Sequence record: PP763257.1
DNA: 64,000 nt
Source of the DNA: Acinetobacter phage Ab5
Direction: 5' to 3' (one strand)
Every line of letters begins with the position of its first letter. Position 1 is the stretch's first letter. Position numbers and translations under genes: made by a program. Under the pieces are notes generated by a model, which saw only the letters and a list, made by a program, of their open reading frames with translations, was not told where the DNA came from and searched no databases. Positions 9,876-18,984 of this stretch are shown here, one piece after another.

Positions 9876-10461
9876 TTTTGACAAAATTAGAAATTCACTA
9901 TTTGGTGGAAAATTAAAACAAACACAAGTTGATGGTATTAACTCTATCCTAGAATCAATCAATAAACATGGTATTTCTAAAGAACAGGTTGCATATGTTT
10001 TTGCTACTGTTTATCACGAAACAGCTAGAACCATGCAACCAATTGAAGAGTATGGTAAAGGAAAAGGTAGACCATACGGAACTTGGTATAAGAATTCTAA
10101 AGGTGAGTTATTCTCTTGGAAGAATGGTAATAAGAACACAGCTTATTTATACAAAGATTATCCACACCTATATTATGGTAGATCATTTCCACAATTAACG
10201 TGGTTTGATAATTACGAAAAAGCGGGGAAGATTCTTAATGTTGATTTTTTAAGAAATCCTTCATTAGTTATGGACTTAAAATACGCATCTGAAATCCTAG
10301 TTGTAGGGATGATGGATGGTTGGTTTACACACAAGAAATTATCAGATTATATTAATCATTCTAAAAAAGATTATTACAACGCAAGAAAAATCATAAACGG
10401 AACAGATAAAGCAGCATTAATTGCTGAATATGCTTCTGAGTTTGAAGACGCATTATTTTAA
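9865..10461 (+). CDS. GH19 family peptidoglycan hydrolase (lysin/endolysin), no cell-wall-binding domain
   Basis: 198 aa. The motifs VYHETAR, YGRSFPQLTWFDNYE and IINGTDKAA match the glycoside hydrolase family 19 catalytic signatures (HETG, YGRGxxQLT, NGG). Confidence 0.7.
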   Translation: MKINFDKIRNSLFGGKLKQTQVDGINSILESINKHGISKEQVAYVFATVYHETARTMQPIEEYGKGKGRPYGTWYKNSKGELFSWKNGNKNTAYLYKDYPHLYYGRSFPQLTWFDNYEKAGKILNVDFLRNPSLVMDLKYASEILVVGMMDGWFTHKKLSDYINHSKKDYYNARKIINGTDKAALIAEYASEFEDALF

Positions 10462-10470
10462 GAGGGAAAA

Positions 10471-12744
10471 ATGGCTAGTACAAAAATACAAAATCTTCCA
10501 CTAAAAGCTCCCATTGGAGCAATGAAGATTCCTACTGGTGGCTTTGGTGACTACAGTATTACAGTTAGTAGTATTGGAGATTTTATTATTGATGCATTTA
10601 ATCTAGCCACTAAAGATTATGTAGACAACATTCTTATTGAGAAAGAAGATCGAATAGACACAACAGGTGGTTATCTTACCCCTACATCTCAAAATGCAAG
10701 TATCCCCGATACGACTAATGATGTCATTGATGAAGTCGCTCAAGCACTTCTTGATCGAATTGAATATGTTAAGGATAATTTCAGTTCTGCACCTTCCCAT
10801 AATGAGTTAGTAGGTAGAAGTGCTACAGGAGCGCACCCATCAACTTCTATTTCACATAAATCTGGAACTGTTTATACATACTTACAACAAAATGAATCTG
10901 ACCTAAATAATTTAAATAATGTTGTTGTTCCTGAAATTAATAATTCGTTAGCAACAAAACAAGAATTAATTGAAACAGGTGAAGCACTAACCCCTGTTTC
11001 TACTCAGTCACCAGTTCCTTCTGTATCACATACAGGTCTAAATAGTGCAATTCAAGCATTACTTAATCGTACAGAGTGGTTGAAAAATAATAACTCCGTT
11101 AAATCAGTAAATAATAAAACTGGTGATGTTGTATTAACTCCAAGCGATATTGCAACTACTGGAACAAATAAATTAAATCCGACACCATCGCTGGTTGATG
11201 TTCCAGAGCTTCTAGATAAGAATGGTGTGAGAGATACAAACGCAAACGCTCAAGCTCAGGCATTATTAAACTTATCATACTATGCTATAGATTCATTAAA
11301 AGGTGTACCTCTGACTGTTGATAATTTTGGGGCGAAGGGAGATGGTGTAACCGATGATTCGGCAGCTTTTCAGGCATACGTAGATAGTCCACTAACAGGA
11401 ATGAATGTTCATCTAGGTGCAAGAGGTCGTTATAAAATATCAAAACAAGTTGATCTAAAAGGGAAAAATCTCATTGGTTCTGGAATGGGTAGAATTAGTG
11501 AATTTTACTACAACCTTTCTTGCATCGATGTTGATGGTTCTAGTGCTGATTTACTGAATAAAACGACATTTTTAAATTGTGGCCCAATGATCCATAACTT
11601 AACAGTACGGTGTTCTAACGGTGCTGGCAAGCAAGTATCTTTTATCGAAATTGATGGATATCTTGCAAATATTCAAAATGTTTCAATGGTTAATTTTTAC
11701 AATCAAATTACAGTTAAGAATGCTCTAGTTGGTTTCTATTGCAAAAACATTTGGTCTTATTACTCTCAAAATTCAGGTATATACTGTGACGACCCAGATA
11801 ATCGAGTCAGCACAACTGGCGTATTTGATAGCATATATTTTCAGCTTGGTGACGGTTATGCGATGAAATTTAACAGAGATATACATGGTTGTCAGTTTGA
11901 TAATATTATCTATGAGTCAATGAACGGTGGAATCCGCGCAAGAACAGTAGCAACTTGTGATTTTGGTCAATTTTGGTGTGAAAACTTAAAGACAGAGACG
12001 TCAAAACCCTGGCTTGAAGTTGTTGGAACATCCAATAGTTGCTACGGAAACACATTTAAAGGTTATATTAAGTTGCTTGGTGGTTGGACTGACCCATCAT
12101 CCGCTATAGCTCCATCATCTTCATCTAATAATTATGGCGGAGTGAGTGTTAGTAGTAATGGTGTAGCTATTGGTAGCGCTAGCAATAACGCAAAAATGAC
12201 AATGGTATCTACTGGTTTTAGAACTGGAAATGGAGTAATACAAGAAACTCGATTAGATCAAACATCCACCACTCCGATATCTAAATCAAGATTGATTGGC
12301 GCGGATGGGGCGGGCGCTCCATATTTAGCTGCTGATACTTACACCAAGCTGTCTAGAAAGTGGGCGACATACAATCACGGATCAAACAATACTGGGGCAT
12401 TTTACGCACCTATGATGTTGACTTACGACCAATCATTTTCAACACCACAAATTAACAATGGTTGGCAAATCGTTAAAGAATCTACTGGCGTTTATCGGGT
12501 TGAACGTGTTTCTGGGAATACTTCGGTAATCACAAATGGGCATATTGTTGTTGGCTCACCACTAATGGGAAGTCGAAAAGGTAGTGGCGCAGCAGCAATG
12601 CACGGATTGCAAATGATAGATACGTATACAGATTCATGGGCGTTATACGCAGAAGCCGCTGGGTTCAAGGTTTTTTGGAAGGATTACGCCAATAATCCGG
12701 TAGACCCTTACAGATTTTCTGTTGCATTTACAGCAACGAGCTAA
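10471..12744 (+). CDS. receptor-binding tailspike with pectate-lyase-like beta-helix (probable depolymerase)
   Basis: 757 aa. The N-terminal module is shared with the next gene. The central FGAKGDGVTDDSAAFQAYVDS motif is typical of pectate_lyase_3/tailspike beta-helix domains. The C-terminal half is Gly/Ser/Asn-rich. Confidence 0.7.
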   Translation: MASTKIQNLPLKAPIGAMKIPTGGFGDYSITVSSIGDFIIDAFNLATKDYVDNILIEKEDRIDTTGGYLTPTSQNASIPDTTNDVIDEVAQALLDRIEYVKDNFSSAPSHNELVGRSATGAHPSTSISHKSGTVYTYLQQNESDLNNLNNVVVPEINNSLATKQELIETGEALTPVSTQSPVPSVSHTGLNSAIQALLNRTEWLKNNNSVKSVNNKTGDVVLTPSDIATTGTNKLNPTPSLVDVPELLDKNGVRDTNANAQAQALLNLSYYAIDSLKGVPLTVDNFGAKGDGVTDDSAAFQAYVDSPLTGMNVHLGARGRYKISKQVDLKGKNLIGSGMGRISEFYYNLSCIDVDGSSADLLNKTTFLNCGPMIHNLTVRCSNGAGKQVSFIEIDGYLANIQNVSMVNFYNQITVKNALVGFYCKNIWSYYSQNSGIYCDDPDNRVSTTGVFDSIYFQLGDGYAMKFNRDIHGCQFDNIIYESMNGGIRARTVATCDFGQFWCENLKTETSKPWLEVVGTSNSCYGNTFKGYIKLLGGWTDPSSAIAPSSSSNNYGGVSVSSNGVAIGSASNNAKMTMVSTGFRTGNGVIQETRLDQTSTTPISKSRLIGADGAGAPYLAADTYTKLSRKWATYNHGSNNTGAFYAPMMLTYDQSFSTPQINNGWQIVKESTGVYRVERVSGNTSVITNGHIVVGSPLMGSRKGSGAAAMHGLQMIDTYTDSWALYAEAAGFKVFWKDYANNPVDPYRFSVAFTATS

Positions 12745-12778
12745 CACAAGAGTAAACCAATTAAAAACCTTGTTATAA

Positions 12779-12806
12779 TAACCCCCATACGTGGGGGTTA
12801 TTTTTA
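12779..12806 (+). terminator. rho-independent terminator after the tailspike gene
   Basis: Hairpin AACCCCCAtacgTGGGGGTT followed by a T-run. Confidence 0.55.
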
Positions 12807-12854
12807 TGACATTAACTAGAAGGGCATAACTTGAAATAATAAAGAGGAAAATAA

Positions 12855-13730
12855 GTGGCAGATTTAAGAATTGCTGATGCTCCAGAAATAGCATTAGAAA
12901 ATATAACAGGAAACGAAAAAGTTCCTACTGGTGGCTACGGTAATTCAGCAGTCACTATTAACAACTTAGGGCAGTTTGCAAAAACTGCTTTATCTTTAGC
13001 AACAGAATCACATGTTTCAAATGCTGTTGGTCAAAAAGAAGATAAGATAACTTTAACAGGTGTTGATTTAACACCTAGCTCAACATATTCTGATATTCCT
13101 CAAACAAATAACAATGTTTTGAACACCGTTCATCAAGACTTATTAAATCGTATGGAGTGGATTAAGGATAACGTTGTAGTTGTTACTGACCACCAAGCTT
13201 TACAGAACAGGAATGCTAGTAATACACATCCAAGTACCTCAATTTCACACAACGGAGCATCCAATGTTTCTATTGAAATTGAGGAATTAAAGAATGATGT
13301 ACTGACAATTAATACAGAGACTATTCCTGAACTAAGCAATACCCTTATTGGTAAGCAAGATGTAATTGTTAATGATACTAACTTAACACCGACTTCCGTT
13401 TTAAGTCCTGTACCTTCAACCAATAACCCATCTTTAAATTCATCTCTACAAGCTCTGATGAATAGGATTGAATATTATAGAGTTGGAGTTAGGTTTACAG
13501 GAAATTATGATTTTCCATCTGTAGCAGCAGGTCAACAAGTATCAACAACAATCACCACAACAGGTTTGGTTGTTGGAGATCATGTTTCTGTCACACTTAG
13601 TGCTCCTCTACAAGGTTGTTCAATTAGGGGTGAAGTTACCAGTTCTAATACAACAACAGTTTACTTATTTAATCCAACAGGAGCTAGTGTTGACATAGGT
13701 TCAGCAACCATTTCAGTTCTTAAATTATAA
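12855..13730 (+). CDS. second tail fiber / receptor-binding protein
   Basis: GTG start after AAGAGGAAAA. 291 aa. The N-terminal ~130 aa are homologous to the N-terminus of the 10471 gene (PTGGYG, KEDKIT, HPSTSISH, SPVPS...LNSxLQALxNRxEY). The C-terminal domain is distinct. Confidence 0.6.
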   Translation: MADLRIADAPEIALENITGNEKVPTGGYGNSAVTINNLGQFAKTALSLATESHVSNAVGQKEDKITLTGVDLTPSSTYSDIPQTNNNVLNTVHQDLLNRMEWIKDNVVVVTDHQALQNRNASNTHPSTSISHNGASNVSIEIEELKNDVLTINTETIPELSNTLIGKQDVIVNDTNLTPTSVLSPVPSTNNPSLNSSLQALMNRIEYYRVGVRFTGNYDFPSVAAGQQVSTTITTTGLVVGDHVSVTLSAPLQGCSIRGEVTSSNTTTVYLFNPTGASVDIGSATISVLKL

Positions 13731-13734
13731 AATA

Positions 13735-13770
13735 AAAGACAACTATCATTTTTGATAGTTGTCTTTTTTA
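13735..13770 (+). terminator. rho-independent terminator closing the late (structural) operon
   Basis: Hairpin AAAGACAACTATCAttttTGATAGTTGTCTTT followed by TTTTT. Confidence 0.65.
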
Positions 13771-13907
13771 CGTCTATTGTTTTATCAAAATGATAAAATC
13801 GAATTTATCAAATAGATTTACTATAGTTCATTTTGAATTACTGTAGTTCACATTGATAATTTGTTTAATAAGACAAATAGGTTTTAAATATGTTCTAAAT
13901 AAGAGAT

Positions 13908-13936
13908 TTGACAAAAGAAAAAGAAGTGACTATCAT
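13908..13936 (+). promoter_or_regulatory. sigma-70/SigA-type promoter for the early/middle gene block
   Basis: TTGACA at 13908-13913, a 17-nt spacer, then TATCAT at 13931-13936. Confidence 0.5.
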
Positions 13937-13964
13937 TCGATTTGTTTTGTTGTAGGAGGTTTTT

Positions 13965-14843
13965 GTGTTTAAAGGTTTAATTTCAGAAGTAGCAAAAGAT
14001 GCTGGTCGTAGTGCAGCATTAATCATTAATCAATTATTTCAATGGTATAAAGGAAGTAATTCAAAAAAGATTTACCGTACAAATCAAGAGTTACATGATG
14101 ATTTGTGTGGAATCATGTCTACAGCAACAATTCAACGTTGTAAAAAAAGATTGATTGAGAAAGGTTATATTGAAGTTTCTTTTGATAAAGGTTTGAATCG
14201 TGTAACTCACTATTCACTTACAAAGAAAGCTTTAGAATTATTGGATAGCTCTAAAACATCTTCAGAAGCCCGTAGTGAGAAAAAAGAAGGAAAAGGTAGT
14301 GGTGTACCACACACTCCTAAAACATCACCACAACGTGCTAAAACAGGTATTAAAAAGGGTGCTATTGTACACTCATACGGAAATGTCAAATCAATGAAGG
14401 AATGTTTTGAAGAAGGAAGTGATAACAAGAATGCAGATCGTTCTTTAACTCTATCTGAACGACTAGCTCTGATGAAAGGAGAAAAGATTGATTTAAACAA
14501 GCATAATGACGCTTTAGAGCAATGTTTAGATGAAAGTGGTACAAACGTACCAGACAACATTAAAAATGTCTCTATGGAGCTTATAGACAGCTTAAATGAG
14601 GTGTGTAGTGTTAATGAAGAAGATGAACATTTAAATGCTCTATCACAACATGATTACGATGAATGTGATCTTGCTATGTTGAATTCTTTGAATAAGCAAC
14701 AAGAACATTTGACAGATGATAAGTTGACTGTTGGTCAATTATTAGGTAATATTGGTTCTGTATATAAATCAGGTGTGTCAGAAGCTAGAGAAAGAATCTA
14801 TCAGATGTCACAATTACAAAATGGTTACTTGGAGGATTATTGA
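13965..14843 (+). CDS. putative DNA-binding protein (N-terminal winged-helix-like), first gene after the promoter
   Basis: GTG start 7 nt after AGGAGG. 292 aa. The N-terminal ~90 aa resemble a wHTH domain, and the rest is acidic/low-complexity. Confidence 0.5.
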   Translation: MFKGLISEVAKDAGRSAALIINQLFQWYKGSNSKKIYRTNQELHDDLCGIMSTATIQRCKKRLIEKGYIEVSFDKGLNRVTHYSLTKKALELLDSSKTSSEARSEKKEGKGSGVPHTPKTSPQRAKTGIKKGAIVHSYGNVKSMKECFEEGSDNKNADRSLTLSERLALMKGEKIDLNKHNDALEQCLDESGTNVPDNIKNVSMELIDSLNEVCSVNEEDEHLNALSQHDYDECDLAMLNSLNKQQEHLTDDKLTVGQLLGNIGSVYKSGVSEARERIYQMSQLQNGYLEDY

Positions 14844-14962
14844 TGAAGAAGCTTTGTTATAGATGTTTGAATTATGACTACCCGTCAACAAGGAATAAAT
14901 CTGGTTATGGGCAAACGTTATTTCAGTGTTGTTCTAAATGTAAATGTTTTGTTTTCTTTAGT
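14843..14962 (+). CDS. small Cys-rich (zinc-ribbon-like) protein, 39 aa
   Basis: ATG overlaps the upstream TGA. GGAGGA RBS 7 nt upstream. Translation MKKLCYRCLNYDYPSTRNKSGYGQTLFQCCSKCKCFVFFS contains CxxC...CCxxCxC. Below the length cutoff of the supplied ORF track. Confidence 0.3.
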
Positions 14963-14974
14963 TGAGGAGTATTT

Positions 14975-15232
14975 ATGAGACATGATCATAATGAAGTATA
15001 TGCAACACTTAGAAAGATGAATGAAAATATTGAAACCTATGAAGAGAAGATTGATAAGCGTTGTAAGAGAACAAAAGATATTATTTCTGAAAATATTGAA
15101 AAGCTTTATGATGTTGGATTTGATTTAGATTATTTTCAAGATTATACTGGTGATGAAAATCTTAAAGAAGCTTCTGAATTAATTAATAAATCATTGGAAT
15201 TAATGAAGAAGTTTGTGAGTAGTGTAAAATGA
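14975..15232 (+). CDS. hypothetical protein
   Basis: 85 aa ORF with an upstream GAGGAG RBS. Tight operon spacing. Confidence 0.5.
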   Translation: MRHDHNEVYATLRKMNENIETYEEKIDKRCKRTKDIISENIEKLYDVGFDLDYFQDYTGDENLKEASELINKSLELMKKFVSSVK

Positions 15233-15504
15233 CTTACATATTTGATGTAAACAGCGAGATTCGGTGGTTGTATGATCATAGATTCGTTTGGGATTATTAT
15301 GGAGTTGATATACCAGATGGAAAACCTTATATCTTTGCAAGAACTAAAAGATGGAGTATAGGTTGCACAAGAATTAAAGGTGAGTTGTTCTTTGAGTGTT
15401 ACTACAGAGATTCTGAAACATACGATTATAGTAGTATTTATATAGAAGATGTTTTAGAATATATAAATAGTATACATGGTGATGAAGAGTTAGTTTTTTA
15501 TTGA
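15229..15504 (+). CDS. hypothetical protein
   Basis: 91 aa. ATGA overlap with the upstream gene. Confidence 0.5.
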   Translation: MTYIFDVNSEIRWLYDHRFVWDYYGVDIPDGKPYIFARTKRWSIGCTRIKGELFFECYYRDSETYDYSSIYIEDVLEYINSIHGDEELVFY

Positions 15505-15511
15505 TTAGGAG

Positions 15512-15700
15512 ATGCTGGTGAAAGAATATACAGAAGTTTCAATTGGTACAGGATTGTATTATAGAGAAATGGTTGTACCAAAAGATGAAGTTCGTAAATT
15601 TATTAAACAAGGTTGGAGGATTACACGATTTGCTAAAGTAGAACCAAACAAAATTTACGATAAATGGAAAAATGCAATTGATGCTATGGAGTCTGAATAA
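15512..15700 (+). CDS. hypothetical protein
   Basis: 62 aa. AGGAGA RBS. Confidence 0.45.
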   Translation: MLVKEYTEVSIGTGLYYREMVVPKDEVRKFIKQGWRITRFAKVEPNKIYDKWKNAIDAMESE

Positions 15701-15891
15701 TGAATAACATTCTACATGAAAACACAAGATATATTGTTACACACGAAACCTTGTGGGATGATAAAGAATGGTTTTACATTCAGATGAAGTTTGATACAAT
15801 GTCACCACTAACTGTTGATGTTAGAGAAACATTGGAAGAAGCTGTTTATTATGCTGATATTATGGAGAGGTTTTATAATGAGCAATATTAA
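15700..15891 (+). CDS. hypothetical protein
   Basis: 63 aa. Overlapping start/stop. Confidence 0.45.
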   Translation: MNNILHENTRYIVTHETLWDDKEWFYIQMKFDTMSPLTVDVRETLEEAVYYADIMERFYNEQY

Positions 15892-16465
15892 AAATATTGA
15901 TATTTGTGAAGTTAAGAAAGATGTAGCTGATAAGCTATTAGATGTTGTAGATATTGTTGATACAGCAGAGGAAAAGAGACAACGGAATTTGTATGATGAT
16001 TTAGTTGCTAATTACGATAGTATTGAAGCTGTATTATTTACACTAAATCGTTGTGTTGACACATCATCATTAGGTTTCTACTTTGGTAATAAACGCTTGA
16101 TTCGTACTAGACATTTGTTAGATGATGTTAATAAATACAATGAGTTAAAAGGTTTTGATTTACCTATGTTACATAATGAACATGTTAAGCATGAAGACTT
16201 TCTATATATAATTAATATCATTACATCTGATATCTTCGGTGAGGATTATGTTTATGAATTTCATTGGGATGATTGGGATACGTGTTTGTTATGGAAAGAT
16301 GATACGATTGGTGAGTATTTGAAGTATGAATATTATCCTAATCTAAAGTTCTTTGCTTTACCAGCTATTATGTTATTTCCTTTCACTATATTATTCTTTA
16401 TCATAATGATTATTTGTTTAATGTTTGAAAAGAAGATTAGTTTAAAGACAAGGAACTTAATATGA
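15880..16465 (+). CDS. hypothetical C-terminally membrane-anchored protein
   Basis: Start moved to the ATG at 15880 (GGAGAGG RBS 7 nt upstream), rather than the track start at 15815. The C-terminus (LPAIMLFPFTILFFIIMIICLMF) is a TM anchor. Confidence 0.5.
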
Positions 16466-16736
16466 TGTTTAATATAATATTATTATATCCAATAACATTC
16501 ATTACATTCATGTTATGTAGCAATCTAAAGATTGACATTAATGTATTATTATTTCGTTTCACTCATAATAACATATCCAACCCTTGACCCCTTGAAACAT
16601 AATATCATGTCAAGACTAGGAGTCAAGCTTTTTTACAAATAATAACAAATATATTTAATTATTGTTTGTTAATTGTAAAATATGTAGACTATAAATTATA
16701 CTTGGTTTATAGTCTTATTAAGTTTAAGGAGGTTTT

Positions 16737-17039
16737 ATGTTAGTATCGATTACTATCCTAATGGATAGCAATGTTCAGGCATGTTATGTTCGTGAAGTGC
16801 GTGATTTTGATTTCAAAGACTTAGATCAAGTTTTTGATTACTTCGAGTTATTCTTTGATATTGATGGTGTTAAGGATAAGTGTGGTGAAATTAAATATTC
16901 ACCATTTGGTCGATGGTGCATTTTTGATTATGATCCAGATGGTGTTTCTCAAGAAGTTTTGATTACATGGGAGAATATTGAGTTATGGCACAAGAAATTG
17001 AAAGACAAGCTATCAAATCTTTTACAGAAGCTCTATTAG
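16737..17039 (+). CDS. hypothetical protein
   Basis: 100 aa. AAGGAGG RBS. Confidence 0.45.
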   Translation: MLVSITILMDSNVQACYVREVRDFDFKDLDQVFDYFELFFDIDGVKDKCGEIKYSPFGRWCIFDYDPDGVSQEVLITWENIELWHKKLKDKLSNLLQKLY

Positions 17040-17236
17040 CTATTAACGGTGCTTTGTTGAAGTCAGGTAGTAGTAAAGATGAAGCTGTTATAATGCTTCC
17101 TAGAGAGGACTTTAATTGGTGGTTTACTGTCTTACAATATCCAAATTCACCAGCAAGTAAGTTTTTTAAATATGATCCAGATAACAAGACTGAGTTTACT
17201 CTAGCTGGAATTAAAGTTAGGAGTTTTGGTAAATGA
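16985..17236 (+). CDS. hypothetical protein
   Basis: 83 aa. Overlaps the upstream ORF by 55 nt, so the true start may be further downstream. Confidence 0.35.
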   Translation: MAQEIERQAIKSFTEALLAINGALLKSGSSKDEAVIMLPREDFNWWFTVLQYPNSPASKFFKYDPDNKTEFTLAGIKVRSFGK

Positions 17237-17469
17237 GTGATTGGATTATGGTTGCAGATGGTGATGGTTTATTTATTTTTGATAGCTTGTGTGATGACTG
17301 TTTTGAAATACATCATGGTGGTGTATACATAAATAAAACATGTGAAAAATTCAAAGAGGATCATGAACACAAAAATTATCATGAAATTAAAGAATGGACT
17401 GAAAAGACATTTCGTTCTTTAAGTGATAAATCAACATGGTTAATGTGTTATTTTGGAGAATGTAAATGA
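17233..17469 (+). CDS. hypothetical Cys/His-rich protein
   Basis: 78 aa. Contains CDDC...HH...C...H.H...C...C and could bind zinc. Confidence 0.45.
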   Translation: MSDWIMVADGDGLFIFDSLCDDCFEIHHGGVYINKTCEKFKEDHEHKNYHEIKEWTEKTFRSLSDKSTWLMCYFGECK

Positions 17470-17756
17470 TTAAACGAATACCAAGTGAAGAAATACAGAA
17501 GTTAAAAAGAGCTAATTTCTGGTTGTGTCGAGACCGTGCACTTGCAAAAAAGATTATGCGAGAAAAGTTAGATGCTATTGTTGAAATAAATAAACAAACG
17601 AGTTCAATGGCTTATTCAAAATTAAAGGAGTATACAAAGAAAAGAAATAAGTTACTTGATGAACATGACTTACTCATAGACCTGTACATTAGAATAAATC
17701 AAGACATTTATCAAAATGGTAAAGAGATTATGAAACTTAGAGGATGTAAACGATGA
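17466..17756 (+). CDS. hypothetical protein
   Basis: 96 aa. ATGA overlap. Confidence 0.5.
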   Translation: MIKRIPSEEIQKLKRANFWLCRDRALAKKIMREKLDAIVEINKQTSSMAYSKLKEYTKKRNKLLDEHDLLIDLYIRINQDIYQNGKEIMKLRGCKR

Positions 17757-17947
17757 ATTTAGGTTTGTATGAAATAATGGATCGTGTTTCTGTTATACAA
17801 TCTTCTCTTGAGGATAATGTTAGACATCACCAAGAAGCTGATTCAAGAGTAGTTGAATTAGTTGATGAAGCGCAAGAAGTATTAAACATGCTTTATCAAT
17901 ATGCTGCTAGTGAGTTTTATGACAGTTATGGAGATTGTGATGAGTAA
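17753..17947 (+). CDS. hypothetical protein
   Basis: 64 aa, acidic. Confidence 0.45.
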   Translation: MNLGLYEIMDRVSVIQSSLEDNVRHHQEADSRVVELVDEAQEVLNMLYQYAASEFYDSYGDCDE

Positions 17948-18347
17948 ATTATTTACACAGTTTTTTAGTAAAGCAAAAGATGGCGGTAAAGAATCTCCTG
18001 TAGATGGTTACTTCTTATTTGAAATTAAAGGTTTATGTTCTATTGCTTTGTTGAAGTTTAATAAAGGCACACGGGAAAAATTCCATACTCATGCTTTCAA
18101 TGCATTAACTTGGTTTATCTCAGGTAATCTTGTTGAAGAGAAAGTTAATGGTGATTTGTATAGATACAAACGATCAATCTTCCCTAAGATTACTTTGAAG
18201 TCAAATAATCATCGTGTAATTGCATTAAAAGACAGTTGGTGCTTGACAATTCGTGGAAGTTGGGATAATATGTGGACTGAATATGATAAGAAGACTGGAA
18301 AGACTACTTATCTAACACATGGTCGTAAGGAGGTTAAGTTTGTATAA
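17940..18347 (+). CDS. hypothetical protein
   Basis: Start chosen at ATG 17940 (ATGAGTAA overlap with the upstream stop, GGAGA upstream). About 135 aa. Confidence 0.5.
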   Translation: MSKLFTQFFSKAKDGGKESPVDGYFLFEIKGLCSIALLKFNKGTREKFHTHAFNALTWFISGNLVEEKVNGDLYRYKRSIFPKITLKSNNHRVIALKDSWCLTIRGSWDNMWTEYDKKTGKTTYLTHGRKEVKFV

Positions 18348-18669
18348 TATTGTTAAATTAACTGTAAAGAATAGATCAACAATTGAATCTGGAAGTGTTG
18401 TTGAGATTGAAGTTAACGAAGAAGTGAAAATCCAACCTTCGCAATTAACTTATGATTCTTATGGAGAACTTGATGGGATAAAAACACCTTACGGTAAGTT
18501 GTACATTCGAAAGTCTATTGCAAAGAAAGGTGTTGTTCAAATGGTACATACACCTTTTCCATCGGGATATAAAGGTGTTCCGCTTGTGGTTTTAAAGAAT
18601 GAGGATGTTTCACCGATTGAACTCTTGGCTGGAGAAGAGATTGGAGAATTGTGGATTTTTGATTTATAG
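18319..18669 (+). CDS. hypothetical protein
   Basis: 116 aa ORF. Confidence 0.45.
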   Translation: MVVRRLSLYNIVKLTVKNRSTIESGSVVEIEVNEEVKIQPSQLTYDSYGELDGIKTPYGKLYIRKSIAKKGVVQMVHTPFPSGYKGVPLVVLKNEDVSPIELLAGEEIGELWIFDL

Positions 18670-18677
18670 AGGTGATT

Positions 18678-18848
18678 ATGAATTTTACAGAATATTTAAA
18701 TTTGGTTAAAGAGATTTTAAATGATAATGGTGTTGTATTATCGACAATGGAAGAGCATCATCAGGAAGAGTTGATTAAGAAATTTAAGAAGTGTTTTAAA
18801 GATGGTGAAGATGTTGATGAGGCAATAGACAGAGTTATGGGGTGGTGA
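18678..18848 (+). CDS. hypothetical small protein (56 aa)
   Basis: GAGGTG RBS 4-5 nt upstream of the ATG. Below the ORF-track cutoff. Confidence 0.4.
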   Translation: MNFTEYLNLVKEILNDNGVVLSTMEEHHQEELIKKFKKCFKDGEDVDEAIDRVMGW

Positions 18849-18889
18849 ATGAATTCACTATTGTAGTTTAATTAAATAAATTATTATTT

Positions 18890-18919
18890 AGGAGAATACG
18901 TTTGTATTTCTCCTTTTTC
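18890..18919 (+). terminator. possible imperfect terminator/attenuator upstream of the helicase-primase gene
   Basis: AGGAGAATACgtttGTATTTCTCCT (one bulge) followed by TTTTT. Confidence 0.3.
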
Positions 18920-18984
18920 TATTGGAGTTAAAATTGGCTTATTTCAAAAAGAACATTTCTAAAACAGGAGATTATGAAAATACC

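Noticed and set aside
9968-10198. 76-aa + strand ORF in an alternative frame within the GH19 lysin gene
   Set aside because: It sits in another frame inside a gene whose main frame carries clear GH19 motifs. There is no RBS.
10603-10800. 65-aa - strand ORF within the tailspike gene
   Set aside because: Antisense shadow ORF.
13133-13423. 96-aa - strand ORF within the second fiber gene
   Set aside because: Antisense shadow ORF.
14210-14560. 116-aa - strand ORF within 13965-14843
   Set aside because: Antisense to a gene with a good GTG+AGGAGG start. No expression signals.
18922-18984. Extending the helicase-primase ORF to the TTG at 18922 as in the ORF track
   Set aside because: There is no RBS before the TTG, and the TTG lies inside a terminator-like hairpin. 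The in-frame ATG at 18985 with an upstream AGGAGA is preferred. The true start is unverified.
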